A DNA stretch of 64,000 nt from Trueperaceae bacterium (GCA_965213925.1 OZ243927.1:960001-1024000); one strand, 5' to 3'; shown: positions 9,988-20,445, counted from the stretch's first letter. Notes: generated from the letters alone by a model not told the origin. Translations and numbers: made by a program.

Positions 9988-10782
9988 ATGCCCTGGCTGC
10001 TCGACCCGGCGCTGCTCGGTACGCTACTGACCGCGGGACTGTTGTACGGTCTCGCGGTGGGTCCGCTACGTCCGCGCCTAGCGCCGGGAGCGGACTTTCC
10101 CAAAAAGCAAGCCGCGCTCTTCTACAGCGCGCTCATCCTCATCTATCTCGCGGAGGGCTCGCCGCTGCACACGCTCGCTGAGTCGTACCTCTTTAGCGCC
10201 CACATGTTTCAGCACCTCTTGCTGAGCTACCTCGTCCCGCCGCTCCTCATCTGGGGCACGCCGGACTGGTTGCTCAGGCACCTCTTGCTGAACCGATGGG
10301 TCAGACCCACCGCCGAGTTCTTCACGCAACCTATCGTCGCCTTCGTGACGTTCAGCCTCTTCTTCTCGCTCTGGCACCTGCCGCCCTTTTACGAAGGGGC
10401 GCTGCAAAACGCGGGGTTACACCACCTCGAGCACATCCTCTTCCTGCTCTCCTCCATCCTCTTGTGGTGGCCCCTCATGAGCCCTTTGAAAGAACTTCCG
10501 CGCCTCCCCTACGGCGGGCAACTCGTCTACCTCTTCGTCTTGCCGATTGCGCAGGTCTTAGCGTTCGGCGCAATCACCTTTGCCGACTCGGTGCTCTACC
10601 CGACCTACGCCGCCGCGCCGAGGATTTGGATAGACCCGCTCGCCGACCAGGCTTTAGGTGGCGCGGTGATGAAGGTCAGTAGCTTGTTTGCCTTTGGCAT
10701 TCCCTTTGTTGTTATTTTCTTCCGCTGGTATCAGGCGGAGAATGCTCCGGCGCAGCGCAGGAGACCGCGCAAAGTTTCCTAG
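9988..10782 (+). CDS. ctaG: caa3 assembly factor CtaG family
   Basis: LFSAHMFQHLLL, WHLP, HHLEH, DQALGG; operon position. Confidence 0.9.
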   Translation: MPWLLDPALLGTLLTAGLLYGLAVGPLRPRLAPGADFPKKQAALFYSALILIYLAEGSPLHTLAESYLFSAHMFQHLLLSYLVPPLLIWGTPDWLLRHLLLNRWVRPTAEFFTQPIVAFVTFSLFFSLWHLPPFYEGALQNAGLHHLEHILFLLSSILLWWPLMSPLKELPRLPYGGQLVYLFVLPIAQVLAFGAITFADSVLYPTYAAAPRIWIDPLADQALGGAVMKVSSLFAFGIPFVVIFFRWYQAENAPAQRRRPRKVS

Positions 10783-10820
10783 TTTAGTAGTGGTTCTGTT
10801 TGGAATGGCGCTGATGTCAA

Positions 10821-10844
10821 AGCAAGGGGTTTCAACCCCTTGTT
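10821..10844. repeat. REP-like palindrome, copy 1
   Basis: GCAAGGGGTT-tc-AACCCCTTGT; a second copy is at 20446-20469. Confidence 0.7.
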
Positions 10845-10969
10845 CATCATATGGAGACGGCAGAAGGAGCACACGGCGACATTCGACTTAGAACCACTAC
10901 CCTAGTTTTTCCCATTTCGGCTGCGTCCTATGATTCACACAGTCTCACTCCGTACGTTATCCTCTCCTT

Positions 10970-11602
10970 ATGTCAACTCAACCCACCATCACCGCCATCG
11001 CCTTTGACTGGGGCGGTATCTTTACGCAAGGCACCTTCGACAGCAGCGCCGTCACGAACTTCGCTAAAGTCACCGGAACGTCCGAGGAGAGAATCGCCGA
11101 GACCTACTACCCCTTGATGGAGCACTTCGAAGTAGGCGCGTTCGACTTCCCTGAGTTTCACAAGAGGTTTAGAGAGGGCACCGCGCTGGCGATTGACGAG
11201 AACACCTTTCGTGAAACCTTCTTGGGCTCAGTGCGCGAACGCTCCGCGATGTTCGACGTGTTGAACGCTATCCCGCAGGACTACACCGTCGGGATGCTCT
11301 CCAACAACGTCCCCGTCCTTTGCGACACCGTGCGTGATGATCCGCGCATGAATCGCTTCCAACACTTCGTCTTCTCCAACGAAATCGGTGTGAGGAAGCC
11401 TGACGCTAGAGCGTTCACCAAGTTGACTGAAGCGTTGGAGCACCAACCTGAGCAAACGGTTTTTATCGACGATAACGAAGACAACATCGCGGCGTGTAAT
11501 GACTTAGGCTATCAGGGCATCCTGCTCGACAGCTTTGAAGGATTTTTAGAGCGGTTTAGAGAACGCTTGCCCGATATTTCGCTACCTGACTCCGTAAAGT
11601 GA
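10970..11602 (+). CDS. HAD-superfamily phosphatase (subfamily IA)
   Basis: FDWGG, LSNN, RKPD, FIDD. Confidence 0.9.
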   Translation: MSTQPTITAIAFDWGGIFTQGTFDSSAVTNFAKVTGTSEERIAETYYPLMEHFEVGAFDFPEFHKRFREGTALAIDENTFRETFLGSVRERSAMFDVLNAIPQDYTVGMLSNNVPVLCDTVRDDPRMNRFQHFVFSNEIGVRKPDARAFTKLTEALEHQPEQTVFIDDNEDNIAACNDLGYQGILLDSFEGFLERFRERLPDISLPDSVK

Positions 11603-11928
11603 GCGAAGAGGAACGCGCGGTTAAGCTCTTGCAGGGGTACATCTGGTATCCCAAAAGCGAAGAGGTTGAACTGGGCGACTACCTCCCTGAGCGCTTAGGC
11701 GACGTGCACCTCTTGTGGGACGAGGTGCGCCCGCCCTTCACCTTCTTTGACAACGGAACGCTCGCCGCGACGCAGCATATCTTTCAGTTCACGGTATTGA
11801 AGCAGATCGAGGGGGATGAAGACCCACAGCGGCTCGTACCTTGGCTCGCGGAGACGCTTCAGGAGAAGCTCAGCGCGACGCCGCCGTCGGTGGGGTGGCA
11901 GATATTTGAGGACTTGCGGGAGGTGTGA
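11599..11928 (+). CDS. DUF3208 family protein (Deinococcus-Thermus)
   Basis: AVKLLQGYIW, LWDEVRPPFTFFDNG, FQFTVL, TPPSVGWQIFEDLREV. Confidence 0.75.
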   Translation: MSEEERAVKLLQGYIWYPKSEEVELGDYLPERLGDVHLLWDEVRPPFTFFDNGTLAATQHIFQFTVLKQIEGDEDPQRLVPWLAETLQEKLSATPPSVGWQIFEDLREV

Positions 11929-11969
11929 GAGCGATGTGCTACTGACGTATGGGTGCTCGAGACCCAAAC

Positions 11970-12419
11970 TCAGCGACCAAACACCACCACCCGCGATACC
12001 CTAGCGTTCTCTTTGAGGCTGCAGCCGCTTTCTGCAACGTTTAGAAGCGTCTCGAGCCCCGTCTCACCTACGGCGCTGAACGCTCCATGTGACGCGCCCG
12101 CTTGGAGCAAGCGTGGGTGGGGCGTAACGAGCGCTAATTCGCCCTCCTCCAGAGTCAAGCGCTCGTTATAGCGTATCAGATAAGTCCCCGCGTTCAGATG
12201 CCACCAGCCGTAATCGTCCTCGGGGTCGGCTTTCTCCGGCGATAGCGCGTCGCTCTTCGCCGCCTCGAATTCGCTGCCGCCAAAGTCGAGCTTGCCGCCA
12301 CCTGTTAAGCGGTGCACCTCGGCGACGCTTAGGTCGATACCGAGCGAAAAGCCCTGAGTGTCTAGGTGCAAGAGCCCCTCTAGTTTCGCGGCGACTTGGT
12401 CTTTGCTATGTATGGTCAT
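11970..12419 (-). CDS. Divergent dCTP deaminase/dUTPase-fold protein
   Basis: GIDLSV, LDFGGSE, DDYGWWHLNAGTYLIRYNE, ENARVS; AGGAGGAG RBS. Confidence 0.7.
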   Translation of the reverse strand: MTIHSKDQVAAKLEGLLHLDTQGFSLGIDLSVAEVHRLTGGGKLDFGGSEFEAAKSDALSPEKADPEDDYGWWHLNAGTYLIRYNERLTLEEGELALVTPHPRLLQAGASHGAFSAVGETGLETLLNVAESGCSLKENARVSRVVVFGR

Positions 12420-12551
12420 CACTCCTCCTGTCTCCTGATGTAATACCAAAAGTATAGTCATATTTTGACAGCTACTAGCAACTTCCAAATCTTTATGATG
12501 GAAAGAAGGGCCCCGGTGTTTTCATAAAGTATTTTTCTTCCCTTAACTCGT

Positions 12552-14117
12552 TTAGAGCGGGATATTTCCGTGCTTCTTAAAGGGACGCTCTTCCACTTTG
12601 CCTTCTAACATCCGCAAGTGCCGCACAAGTTGTTGGCGCGTATCCTTGGGGTCGATGACATCGTCGATGTAGCCGCGCCCTGCCGCCCAGTACGGGTTAT
12701 CAAAGCGCTTTTTGTATTCGTCAATGCGGGCGGCTCTAGTGGCTTCGGGCTGCTTCGAGCCTGTAATCTCGCGGCGGTAGATGATGTTCGCCGCGCCTTC
12801 TGCGCCCATTACGGCGACCGCAGAGGTGGGCCAAGCGAGTACCACGTCCGCGCCCATGTCCCTGGAGTTCATCGCCAAGTACGCGCCGCCGTAGCTCTTA
12901 CGTACGATGAGCGTGATTTTGGGAACCGTCGCCTCGGCGTAGGCGTAGAGCATCTTCGCGCCGTGCCGGATGATGCCCGCATGCTCTTGGGCGACGCCCG
13001 GCAGAAAGCCCGTCACGTCTACAAAGGTCAGAATCGGGACGTTGAAGCAGTCACAGGTGCGGATAAAGCGACTCGCTTTGTCCGAGGCGTCGATATTCAA
13101 AGTCCCTGCCATATGACGTGGATTATTCGCCACGATGCCCACCGACTGCCCGCCGAGCCGCGCGAAGCCGCAGACGATATTCTTGGCAAATTCGGGCTGC
13201 ACCTCCAGAAAGTGTTTGTCGTCTACGACCGCCTTGATCACTTCCGTCATCGGGTAGGGACGGCGCTGATCGGGGTGGACGATGGACAAGACTTCGGGCG
13301 TCTCGCGCCCTATGGGGTCGTCGGTGTGCTGGAGCGGCACACGTTCCTTAGCGGACTGCGGCAAAAACGAGAGGAGGTCGCGAATCGTCGCTAGCACGCC
13401 CTCGTCGTCCGCCGCTTCGAAATGCGCCACGCCCGACTTGCGGTTGTGCACGTCCGCGCCGCCTAAGCCCTCGAAGGTGACGTTCTCTTTCGTGACGGAT
13501 TTAATCACTTCCGGTCCGGTGATAAACATGTACGACGAGCCCTTTGCCATCAGCACGAAGTCGGTCAGCGCAGGGCTGTAGACCGCGCCGCCCGCGCACG
13601 GTCCTAGAATCGCGCTAATCTGCGGCACGACGCCCGAATAGATGGCGTTGCGGTAGAAAACCTCGCCGTAACCCGAGAGGGAGTCTACCCCTTCTTGAAT
13701 TCGCGCGCCCGCTGAATCGTTGAGCCCGACGATCGGCGCACCCGTTTTTACCGCCAAATCCATGACTTTCGCGATCTTCTGCGCGTGCATCTTGCCCAAT
13801 GAGCCGCCTAAGACCGTAAAATCTTGACTGAAGACGAACACGGTGCGCCCGTCCACCTTGCCGTAGCCCGTCACGACGCCCTCGCCGGGCGCGTCTATAT
13901 CTCTCATAATCTCACCGCCCAAGTGCTCGACGAAGACGCCTAGTTCGACGAAGGTGTCTTTATCTAAAAGCGTGTGAATGCGCTCCCTAGCGGTCAGCTT
14001 GCCCTGCTCATGCTGTTTCTCGATGCGCTTCTCGCCGCCGCCCCGCTCCACGCGCTTGCGGCGCTCTTCCATCTCGGCGGTCAGTTCGTTCATCCAGGCT
14101 AAGGTATCGTCAGACAT
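12552..14117 (-). CDS. pccB: Acyl-CoA (propionyl-CoA) carboxylase beta subunit
   Basis: GKLTARERI, DSAGARIQEG, GPCAGGAVY, KSYGGAY, KKHGNIPL. Confidence 0.95.
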   Translation of the reverse strand: MSDDTLAWMNELTAEMEERRKRVERGGGEKRIEKQHEQGKLTARERIHTLLDKDTFVELGVFVEHLGGEIMRDIDAPGEGVVTGYGKVDGRTVFVFSQDFTVLGGSLGKMHAQKIAKVMDLAVKTGAPIVGLNDSAGARIQEGVDSLSGYGEVFYRNAIYSGVVPQISAILGPCAGGAVYSPALTDFVLMAKGSSYMFITGPEVIKSVTKENVTFEGLGGADVHNRKSGVAHFEAADDEGVLATIRDLLSFLPQSAKERVPLQHTDDPIGRETPEVLSIVHPDQRRPYPMTEVIKAVVDDKHFLEVQPEFAKNIVCGFARLGGQSVGIVANNPRHMAGTLNIDASDKASRFIRTCDCFNVPILTFVDVTGFLPGVAQEHAGIIRHGAKMLYAYAEATVPKITLIVRKSYGGAYLAMNSRDMGADVVLAWPTSAVAVMGAEGAANIIYRREITGSKQPEATRAARIDEYKKRFDNPYWAAGRGYIDDVIDPKDTRQQLVRHLRMLEGKVEERPFKKHGNIPL

Positions 14118-14440
14118 AGGTCTCCCTGGCAGGTATCATTTAGTCGCAATACTCTCGGTGGATAAAGCTGTCCTCTTGGCCCACGTTATTGATGATATCT
14201 GCGGCAATTTGTTTAGGTATGGTTTGAAGCGACGGTTCGTAAAGGTTCTCCACGCTGCCTAACCATACCTGGCCGGGCGGCGGCGCGTGGGCATTGTCCG
14301 AGCGACTCAGGTTCGAGCCCGAGTGTTTCACTTTATTTCCAGCGCTCAGTTTGTTAAGTTCTCCACAGCGCAACCTCGCTACCCCGAGTTTTCGCACCAC
14401 CCCCTTTTCTTCCCCTGACGCAATATGTTTATAGTGACGC

Positions 14441-16471
14441 ATGACTATGACGAAGACGAGAACCAAAACAAACAAATCAGAGAAGTCGGATTTACCCGAA
14501 AAGCTGCCTAAGAAGTGGTCCCGCGCCGTGATTCTCCGCGTCGACCCCGAGATTGACGGCGGACGCTTTCCCATTAAACGCACCATAGGCGAAGCTGTCA
14601 CCGTAACTTCGAACCTCGTCGGCGACGGTCACGACGTGATGGGCGCGGAACTCGTCTATGGTCCTCAAGGTGGACAAGAAGAGACCGTCCGCATGAGCTT
14701 CGAAGGAAACGATACGTACACGGGCACCTTTCACGTGGGCGACCCTGGCATGTGGACCTACCGCGTGCGGGCGTGGGTGGACGAGTTCGGCACGTGGTTA
14801 GCACTCTTCCGCCGCCGCGTCGAAGGGGGCAGCCCCGAGTGGGAAATAGAGAGCGAGCTTAAAGACGGCGCATCGTTGTTAGAGAAGTGCGCCAAAAAAG
14901 CTAAAGGTGAGGATAAGAAGCGTCTCAAGTCGTATATCAAAGTGTTTGAATCGGGCGATGCTGACGCGGCGTTGCAAGGAGAGGTTAAAGAACTTGCGGC
15001 GAAGTACGACCCCCGCGAGGGAGCTGAAAACGGGCGTACCTTAGAGGTTCACGTCGAGCGCAAGTTGGCGCAGTTCAGCGCGTGGTACGAGTTCTTCCCG
15101 CGTTCGGTGGGCAGACCAGGCGAACACGGCACCTTAGACGACGCGGCGGAGATGCTCGACTATGTCAAAGAGATGCAGTTCGATATCGTCTACTTGCCGC
15201 CGATTTATCCTATTGGCAAAAGCCACCGCAAGGGTAAGAACAACACACCGGAAGCGGGACCCGACGACGTAGGGAGCCCCTGGGCGATTGGCAATGAAGA
15301 CGGCGGGCACAAAACCGTCGAGCCGATGCTGGGCGGCATGAAAGCGTTCGAGCGCTTTATGAAGCGGGCGAAGGCGCTAGATTTAGAGGTCGCTTTAGAC
15401 CTCGCCTACCAGTGCTCGCCCGACCACCCTTACGTCAAAGAGCACCCCGAGTGGTTCCGCCAACGCCCCGACGGTTCAATTCGCTACGCGGAGAACCCGC
15501 CTAAGAAGTATCAGGATATTTACAACGTGGACTTCGAGTGTGAGGAATGGAAGGGATTGTGGCTCGAGCTGCGCAGCGTCGTCGAGTTCTGGGCGGAGCG
15601 CGGCGTGCGCACCTTCCGGGTGGATAACCCCCACACCAAAGCGCTGCCCTTCTGGGAGTGGTGCTTTAGCACCTTACGGGAGAAATACCCCGACCTCATC
15701 TTTTTAGCGGAAGCCTTCACGCGCCCCCATCAGATGTACGCGCTTGCCAAACTCGGCTTTAGCCAGTCTTACACGTACTTCACCTGGCGCTACAACAAGC
15801 GTGACTTCGAGCAGTACTTAGGCGAACTCTTCCAGAGCGAAGTCGTGGACTTTTACCGCCCCTCGTTCTGGCCCAACACGCCCGATATCCTCCCGCCCTA
15901 CTTGCGCACGCGCCCCGTCTTCCAAGCGCGGCTCGTGATGGCGGCGACGATGTCGAGTTCTTATGGGATTTACGGTCCGGTCTTTGAACTCATGGAGAAC
16001 GAGCCGCATCCCGCCCGCGAGGAATACTTGGGTAGCGAGAAGTACGAAATCCGCGACTGGAACCTGGACGACCCCGCCTCGCTCAAACCGCTGATGACTC
16101 GCATCAACGAGATTCGCTATGAGAATCCGGCGCTCCATAACAACCGCTCTTTGAAGTTTCATTACGTGGACAACGACCAACTTCTAGCCTTTTCGAAGCA
16201 GGACGGCGACAACCGCATTTTAGTCGTCATCAACTTCGACGCGAACCACGCGCAGACGGGCTTTGTTCACCTCGATATGGGGGCGTTAGGGCTTTCGGAT
16301 AATGAGGCGTATCACTTAGAGGACCTCATCATCGGTGAGCGCTACACCTGGGAAGGCCCCAGAAACTTCATCCGTTTAGACCCGCATTACTTCCCAGCGC
16401 ACATCCTTAAAATCACGCCGGAGCGCCGCGAGCAGAGTTTTGACTCGTACATGGCGCAGCAGAGTGTGTAG
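14441..16471 (+). CDS. glgE: Alpha-1,4-glucan:maltose-1-phosphate maltosyltransferase
   Basis: WYEFFPRS, YAENPPKKYQDIY, FRVDNPHTK, LAEAFT, PNTPDIL. Confidence 0.97.
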   Translation: MTMTKTRTKTNKSEKSDLPEKLPKKWSRAVILRVDPEIDGGRFPIKRTIGEAVTVTSNLVGDGHDVMGAELVYGPQGGQEETVRMSFEGNDTYTGTFHVGDPGMWTYRVRAWVDEFGTWLALFRRRVEGGSPEWEIESELKDGASLLEKCAKKAKGEDKKRLKSYIKVFESGDADAALQGEVKELAAKYDPREGAENGRTLEVHVERKLAQFSAWYEFFPRSVGRPGEHGTLDDAAEMLDYVKEMQFDIVYLPPIYPIGKSHRKGKNNTPEAGPDDVGSPWAIGNEDGGHKTVEPMLGGMKAFERFMKRAKALDLEVALDLAYQCSPDHPYVKEHPEWFRQRPDGSIRYAENPPKKYQDIYNVDFECEEWKGLWLELRSVVEFWAERGVRTFRVDNPHTKALPFWEWCFSTLREKYPDLIFLAEAFTRPHQMYALAKLGFSQSYTYFTWRYNKRDFEQYLGELFQSEVVDFYRPSFWPNTPDILPPYLRTRPVFQARLVMAATMSSSYGIYGPVFELMENEPHPAREEYLGSEKYEIRDWNLDDPASLKPLMTRINEIRYENPALHNNRSLKFHYVDNDQLLAFSKQDGDNRILVVINFDANHAQTGFVHLDMGALGLSDNEAYHLEDLIIGERYTWEGPRNFIRLDPHYFPAHILKITPERREQSFDSYMAQQSV

Positions 16472-16478
16472 GGGTTGT

Positions 16479-16685
16479 TGCACTGTTGACTATATACTGA
16501 ACCCTGTCATTCTGAACGGAGCGACAGCCCTACGGTAAACCATAGGATAGACTCCGTGAAAGAACCTCTGCTATTGCCTTCTCCTCCCACGGAGATTGCG
16601 AGACGAGACCCCTCGCGGAGTCTATCCTGTAAAGGGCTCGGGGTGACATCAGTAAGAAGGTATTGATACTTTGCGGACGGTGCGG
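16479..16685. mobile_element. MITE family 1, copy A (degenerate ends)
   Basis: GTCATTCTGAAC...GCTCGGGGTGAC core shared with 36514, 40720 and 42752. Confidence 0.8.
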
Positions 16686-16891
16686 TATAGCGTAAGAAAA
16701 TCCACATTGGTACGTGCGCCTTTCCCGATAAGGTGAAGGGCGCATTTGGTTGTGTCGTGTTGTATGTTAAGCAGTTGTGCGTATTGCTCAATATTCCCCC
16801 AATGCTGAGAAAAGTGCAAACTATACGAACGCACTAAAATGTATTTAGATGATTTAGAAGGAATCCTTTACAGAGAGTACAAGTAGAAGAG

Positions 16892-19800
16892 GTGATGATG
16901 GACTCCCAAACGGTAGTGCAACCAAAAACGAAGACGAGCAAGCTCGAGCACGACCCCTTATGGTACAAGGACGCGGTGGTCTACGAGTTGCACGTGCGGT
17001 CCTTTTACGACTCGAGTGGCGACGGCTACGGCGACTTCGAGGGCTTGCGGCAGAAGCTCCCCTACTTAGAGGAGTTGGGCGTTAATACTCTGTGGCTCTT
17101 GCCTTTCTACGACTCCCCCTTGCGCGACGACGGTTACGACATCGCGGACTACAAAGGGATTTTGCCTGTCCACGGTAATTTAGACGATTTCAAGCGCTTC
17201 TTAGACGAAGCCCATGAGCGCGGGATGCGCGTCATCACCGAGCTTGTCTTGAATCACACCTCGGACCAACACCCCTGGTTCCAGGAGGCGCGGCAGCCGA
17301 ACTCGCCTAAGCGCGACTGGTACGTCTGGAGCGAAACGTCCGAGAAGTATAAGGACGTGCGCATCATCTTTACCGATACCGAGCACTCCAACTGGACCTG
17401 GGACCCCGTCGCGGGCGCGTACTATTGGCACCGTTTTTTCAGCCACCAGCCTGACCTCAACTGGGACAACCCCGAAGTCGAAAAGGCGCTCCACGAGGCG
17501 ATGTTTTACTGGCTCGACATGGGCGTGGACGGGCTGCGTTTAGACGCCGTGCCGTATCTCTACGAACGCGAAGGTACCTCGGGTGAGAACCTGCCCGAAA
17601 CCTTGGACGCCATCAAGCGGTTGCGCAAAGTCATCGAAGAGCGTTATGGTCCGGGGCGCATCCTCTTAGCGGAGGCGAACCAGTGGCCCGAGGACACGCT
17701 GCCCTATTTCGGTGATGAGGGCGAAGGCGTGCAAATGGCCTTTAATTTTCCGCTGATGCCTAGAATGTACCTGGCGCTCCGCCGCGAGAACCGCCAGCCG
17801 ATTGTGGAGATGCTCAACCTCACCGAAGACATCCCCGAGGACGCGCAGTGGGCGCTCTTTTTGCGCAACCACGACGAGCTTACTCTAGAAATGGTCACGG
17901 ACGAAGAGCGCGACTACATGTATAACGAGTATGGGATGGACCGGCAGTTCCGCATCAATGTGGGAATCCGCCGCCGTTTAGCGCCGCTACTAGGCAACGA
18001 GCGCCGCCGCATCGAGCTGATGAACGCGCTCGTTTTGTCGCTCAAGGGTAGCCCGATTCTCTACTACGGCGACGAAATCGGCATGGGCGATAACGTTTTC
18101 TTAGGAGACCGTAACGGGGTGCGCACGCCGATGCAGTGGAGCCCGGATCGCAACGCGGGCTTTTCCAAAGCGCCCTTTCACCAGCTCTTCTTGCCCCCCA
18201 TCAACGAAGGCGGCTACGGCTACCAGTTCGTGAACGTCGAGGAGTCGCAGAAGAGTGCACACTCGCTCTATAACTTCACGCGGCGCATCTTGGGCGTTCG
18301 TCATCAACACGCTAAGACCTTCGGACGCGGCGACCAAGAGGTCTTAGAGGTTGAAAATCAGCGGGTCTTTGCCTTTACTCGTCAGTATGAGGGCGAGACC
18401 GTTTTAGTGGTTGCCAACCTCTCGCGCTTCGCGCAAGCGGCGACGCTGCCCTTAGGAGAATTTGCAGGTCACTATCCTGTCGAACTCTTCTCGCAGATGC
18501 CCTTTCCGCAGATCGGTGAGGAGGAGTATCCGCTGGCGCTCGGACCGCACGGCTTCTACTGGTTTGTTCTGCGCAGCGAAGAAGAGGTTGACGCTGTTCT
18601 GCCTGAGCTTACTGAGGTGGAGGAGAAGCTCGAGCGTACCCTTCCTACGATCAAGGTCTCCGGCGGCTTAGAAACGCTGCTCATCGACACGATGGTGCAG
18701 GGCAAGGCGCGGCGTCAGTTAGAGGCGGCGTTGCCCGAATTCTTAGGTATCCAGCGTTGGTTCGGTGCGAAAGAGCGCGGTATCAAGACGGCGCGGCTCG
18801 TGGACGCGGTGCGGTTGCAGCCGCAGGCGTATCTTGCGCTGGTGCGCGTGGAATTTGCGGACGGAGGGATAGGGCGCTACTTCTTACCGCTAACCTCAGT
18901 GCCTGCAACCGACGCGCCTAGACTGATCGAGGAGCACCCCCGCGCTGCTCTAGCGTGGCTGGGCGAGACCACTGGAAAAACCCTCCTCTACGACGCCACC
19001 GCCGACGAAAACTTCTGGCTCGCGCTCTATCAAGCCGCGCGGCGCGAGTGGAAAGGGCGCTCCTTAAAAGGGCTCTACAGCGCCAAGGCGATTAAAGGTT
19101 CGCAGCTTCCGCAAGTCGATGAGGTGGACGAGGTCCGCATTGCCAGCGTCGAACAGAGTAACTCGTCCGCATTTTTTGACGACTCGGTCTTCGTCAAGCT
19201 CTACCGCAAGTTCGGCGACGAGATGAACCCCGAGGCTGAGATGCTCACCTACCTGACGCAAGCGGGTTTCCCCTTCGTCCCGCAGTTGCGCGGCGACTTG
19301 AAGTTCAAGCGCGGCGAATTAGAGCTGACTCTAGGGATTTTTCAGACGTACCTGCCGGGCGATAGAGACGCTTGGGGCTACGCTCTGGAAGAGGGGCGGC
19401 GCTTTTTGGACCGCGTGGCGGAGACCTCGCCCCCCCAGGGCGCGCTGCCTGAAAGCTTCGACGACGAGGTTCCGGCGTGGCTCGAGGATGCCGCGGGCGA
19501 AACCCTCCAACTCGCCGCCCTCTTGGGCGTACGCACCGCCGAGATGCACGCAACCCTCGCCAAAGCTGAAGCGAGCGCTCTAAAGCCTGAGCCGACGAGT
19601 CGTGAAGAGCTAGCCGAGTTCGTTGCAAGGGTCCGCAATGAAGCCGAGCAAACCCAGCAGCTTCTCAGCGAGCAGGGCAAAGCGTTGGACGAAGGCGCGC
19701 TTAGCGCAGGTTTAGACCGCCTAGACGCCCTCGCCAACACCGAAGCGAATTGGCACAAAGTCCGCATTCACGGCGACTATCACTTGGGTCAAGTGATGCA

Positions 19801-20230
19801 GGCGGGCGGTGAGCTGTTCCTCTTGGACTTCGAAGGTGAACCCGCCCGGACGCTCGCCGAGCGCAGGCAGAAAGATCAAGCGTTGCGCGACGTTGCAGGA
19901 ATGCTCCGCTCGCTTGAATATGCGGGGCTCGTCACCCTAGAGAGCTATCCGGGGCGGGAGCAAAACGGCGACTTGGCACAAGATTTAATACGGTGGGCAG
20001 ACATCCTTATCCGCTGGAGTGAAGCCGTTTTCTTAGAGGCGTATTTCTCCACCGCAGGTGAAGGGGCAATCTTCACGCCCAAAAGTTTAGAGACGCGCGA
20101 CAAGGTGCTCTGGGCGTATCAGCTCGACAAGGTGCTCTACGAAGTGCGCTATGAGTTAGGACACCGACCCGATTGGGTCTGGTTGCCGCTGCGTGGGCTT
20201 AGCAGGTTGCTCGGTACGCAAATGGCGTAA
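16892..20230 (+). CDS. treS: Trehalose synthase fused to maltokinase (TreS-Mak/Pep2)
   Basis: WYKDAV, RLDAVPYL, LAEANQW, FLRNHDELTLE; C-terminal EQSNSS, IHGDYHLGQV, DFEGEP. Confidence 0.96.
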   Translation: MMMDSQTVVQPKTKTSKLEHDPLWYKDAVVYELHVRSFYDSSGDGYGDFEGLRQKLPYLEELGVNTLWLLPFYDSPLRDDGYDIADYKGILPVHGNLDDFKRFLDEAHERGMRVITELVLNHTSDQHPWFQEARQPNSPKRDWYVWSETSEKYKDVRIIFTDTEHSNWTWDPVAGAYYWHRFFSHQPDLNWDNPEVEKALHEAMFYWLDMGVDGLRLDAVPYLYEREGTSGENLPETLDAIKRLRKVIEERYGPGRILLAEANQWPEDTLPYFGDEGEGVQMAFNFPLMPRMYLALRRENRQPIVEMLNLTEDIPEDAQWALFLRNHDELTLEMVTDEERDYMYNEYGMDRQFRINVGIRRRLAPLLGNERRRIELMNALVLSLKGSPILYYGDEIGMGDNVFLGDRNGVRTPMQWSPDRNAGFSKAPFHQLFLPPINEGGYGYQFVNVEESQKSAHSLYNFTRRILGVRHQHAKTFGRGDQEVLEVENQRVFAFTRQYEGETVLVVANLSRFAQAATLPLGEFAGHYPVELFSQMPFPQIGEEEYPLALGPHGFYWFVLRSEEEVDAVLPELTEVEEKLERTLPTIKVSGGLETLLIDTMVQGKARRQLEAALPEFLGIQRWFGAKERGIKTARLVDAVRLQPQAYLALVRVEFADGGIGRYFLPLTSVPATDAPRLIEEHPRAALAWLGETTGKTLLYDATADENFWLALYQAARREWKGRSLKGLYSAKAIKGSQLPQVDEVDEVRIASVEQSNSSAFFDDSVFVKLYRKFGDEMNPEAEMLTYLTQAGFPFVPQLRGDLKFKRGELELTLGIFQTYLPGDRDAWGYALEEGRRFLDRVAETSPPQGALPESFDDEVPAWLEDAAGETLQLAALLGVRTAEMHATLAKAEASALKPEPTSREELAEFVARVRNEAEQTQQLLSEQGKALDEGALSAGLDRLDALANTEANWHKVRIHGDYHLGQVMQAGGELFLLDFEGEPARTLAERRQKDQALRDVAGMLRSLEYAGLVTLESYPGREQNGDLAQDLIRWADILIRWSEAVFLEAYFSTAGEGAIFTPKSLETRDKVLWAYQLDKVLYEVRYELGHRPDWVWLPLRGLSRLLGTQMA

Positions 20231-20258
20231 CTATAGCTGTAGAGCTAAAAGGAGTAGA

Positions 20259-20294
20259 GAAGGACTGAAGTTGGCTTCGACCTCAGTCCTTTTT
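20259..20294 (+). terminator. Intrinsic terminator after treS-mak
   Basis: AAGGACTGA...TCAGTCCTT followed by a T-run. Confidence 0.75.
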
Positions 20295-20311
20295 CAGTGG
20301 GAATTCTCCTG

Positions 20312-20417
20312 TAATACGAGGTTGCACGGCTTAGTTTGCAAAACTAAGCCGTGCCCATCTGTGATGGTAAGCTCTAACGCCCTCAGCTAGGGTAAGTAAA
20401 CTGTGCAATTTCGTATA
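20312..20417. repeat. ~105 bp MITE-like repeat, family 2 copy 2
   Basis: ATACGAGGTTGCA...TGCAATTTCGTAT terminal inverted repeats; homologous to 1509-1612. Confidence 0.8.
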
Positions 20418-20445
20418 AGCACTGTATTGGCACTGCGTCTTCACG

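Noticed and set aside
14300..14330. GGTTCGAGCCC resembling a tRNA T-loop
   Set aside because: The T-stem does not pair properly, and no acceptor or anticodon arms can be built.
14140..14601. 153 aa minus-strand ORF upstream of pccB
   Set aside because: It overlaps the glgE start and the divergent promoter region and has no protein-like motifs.
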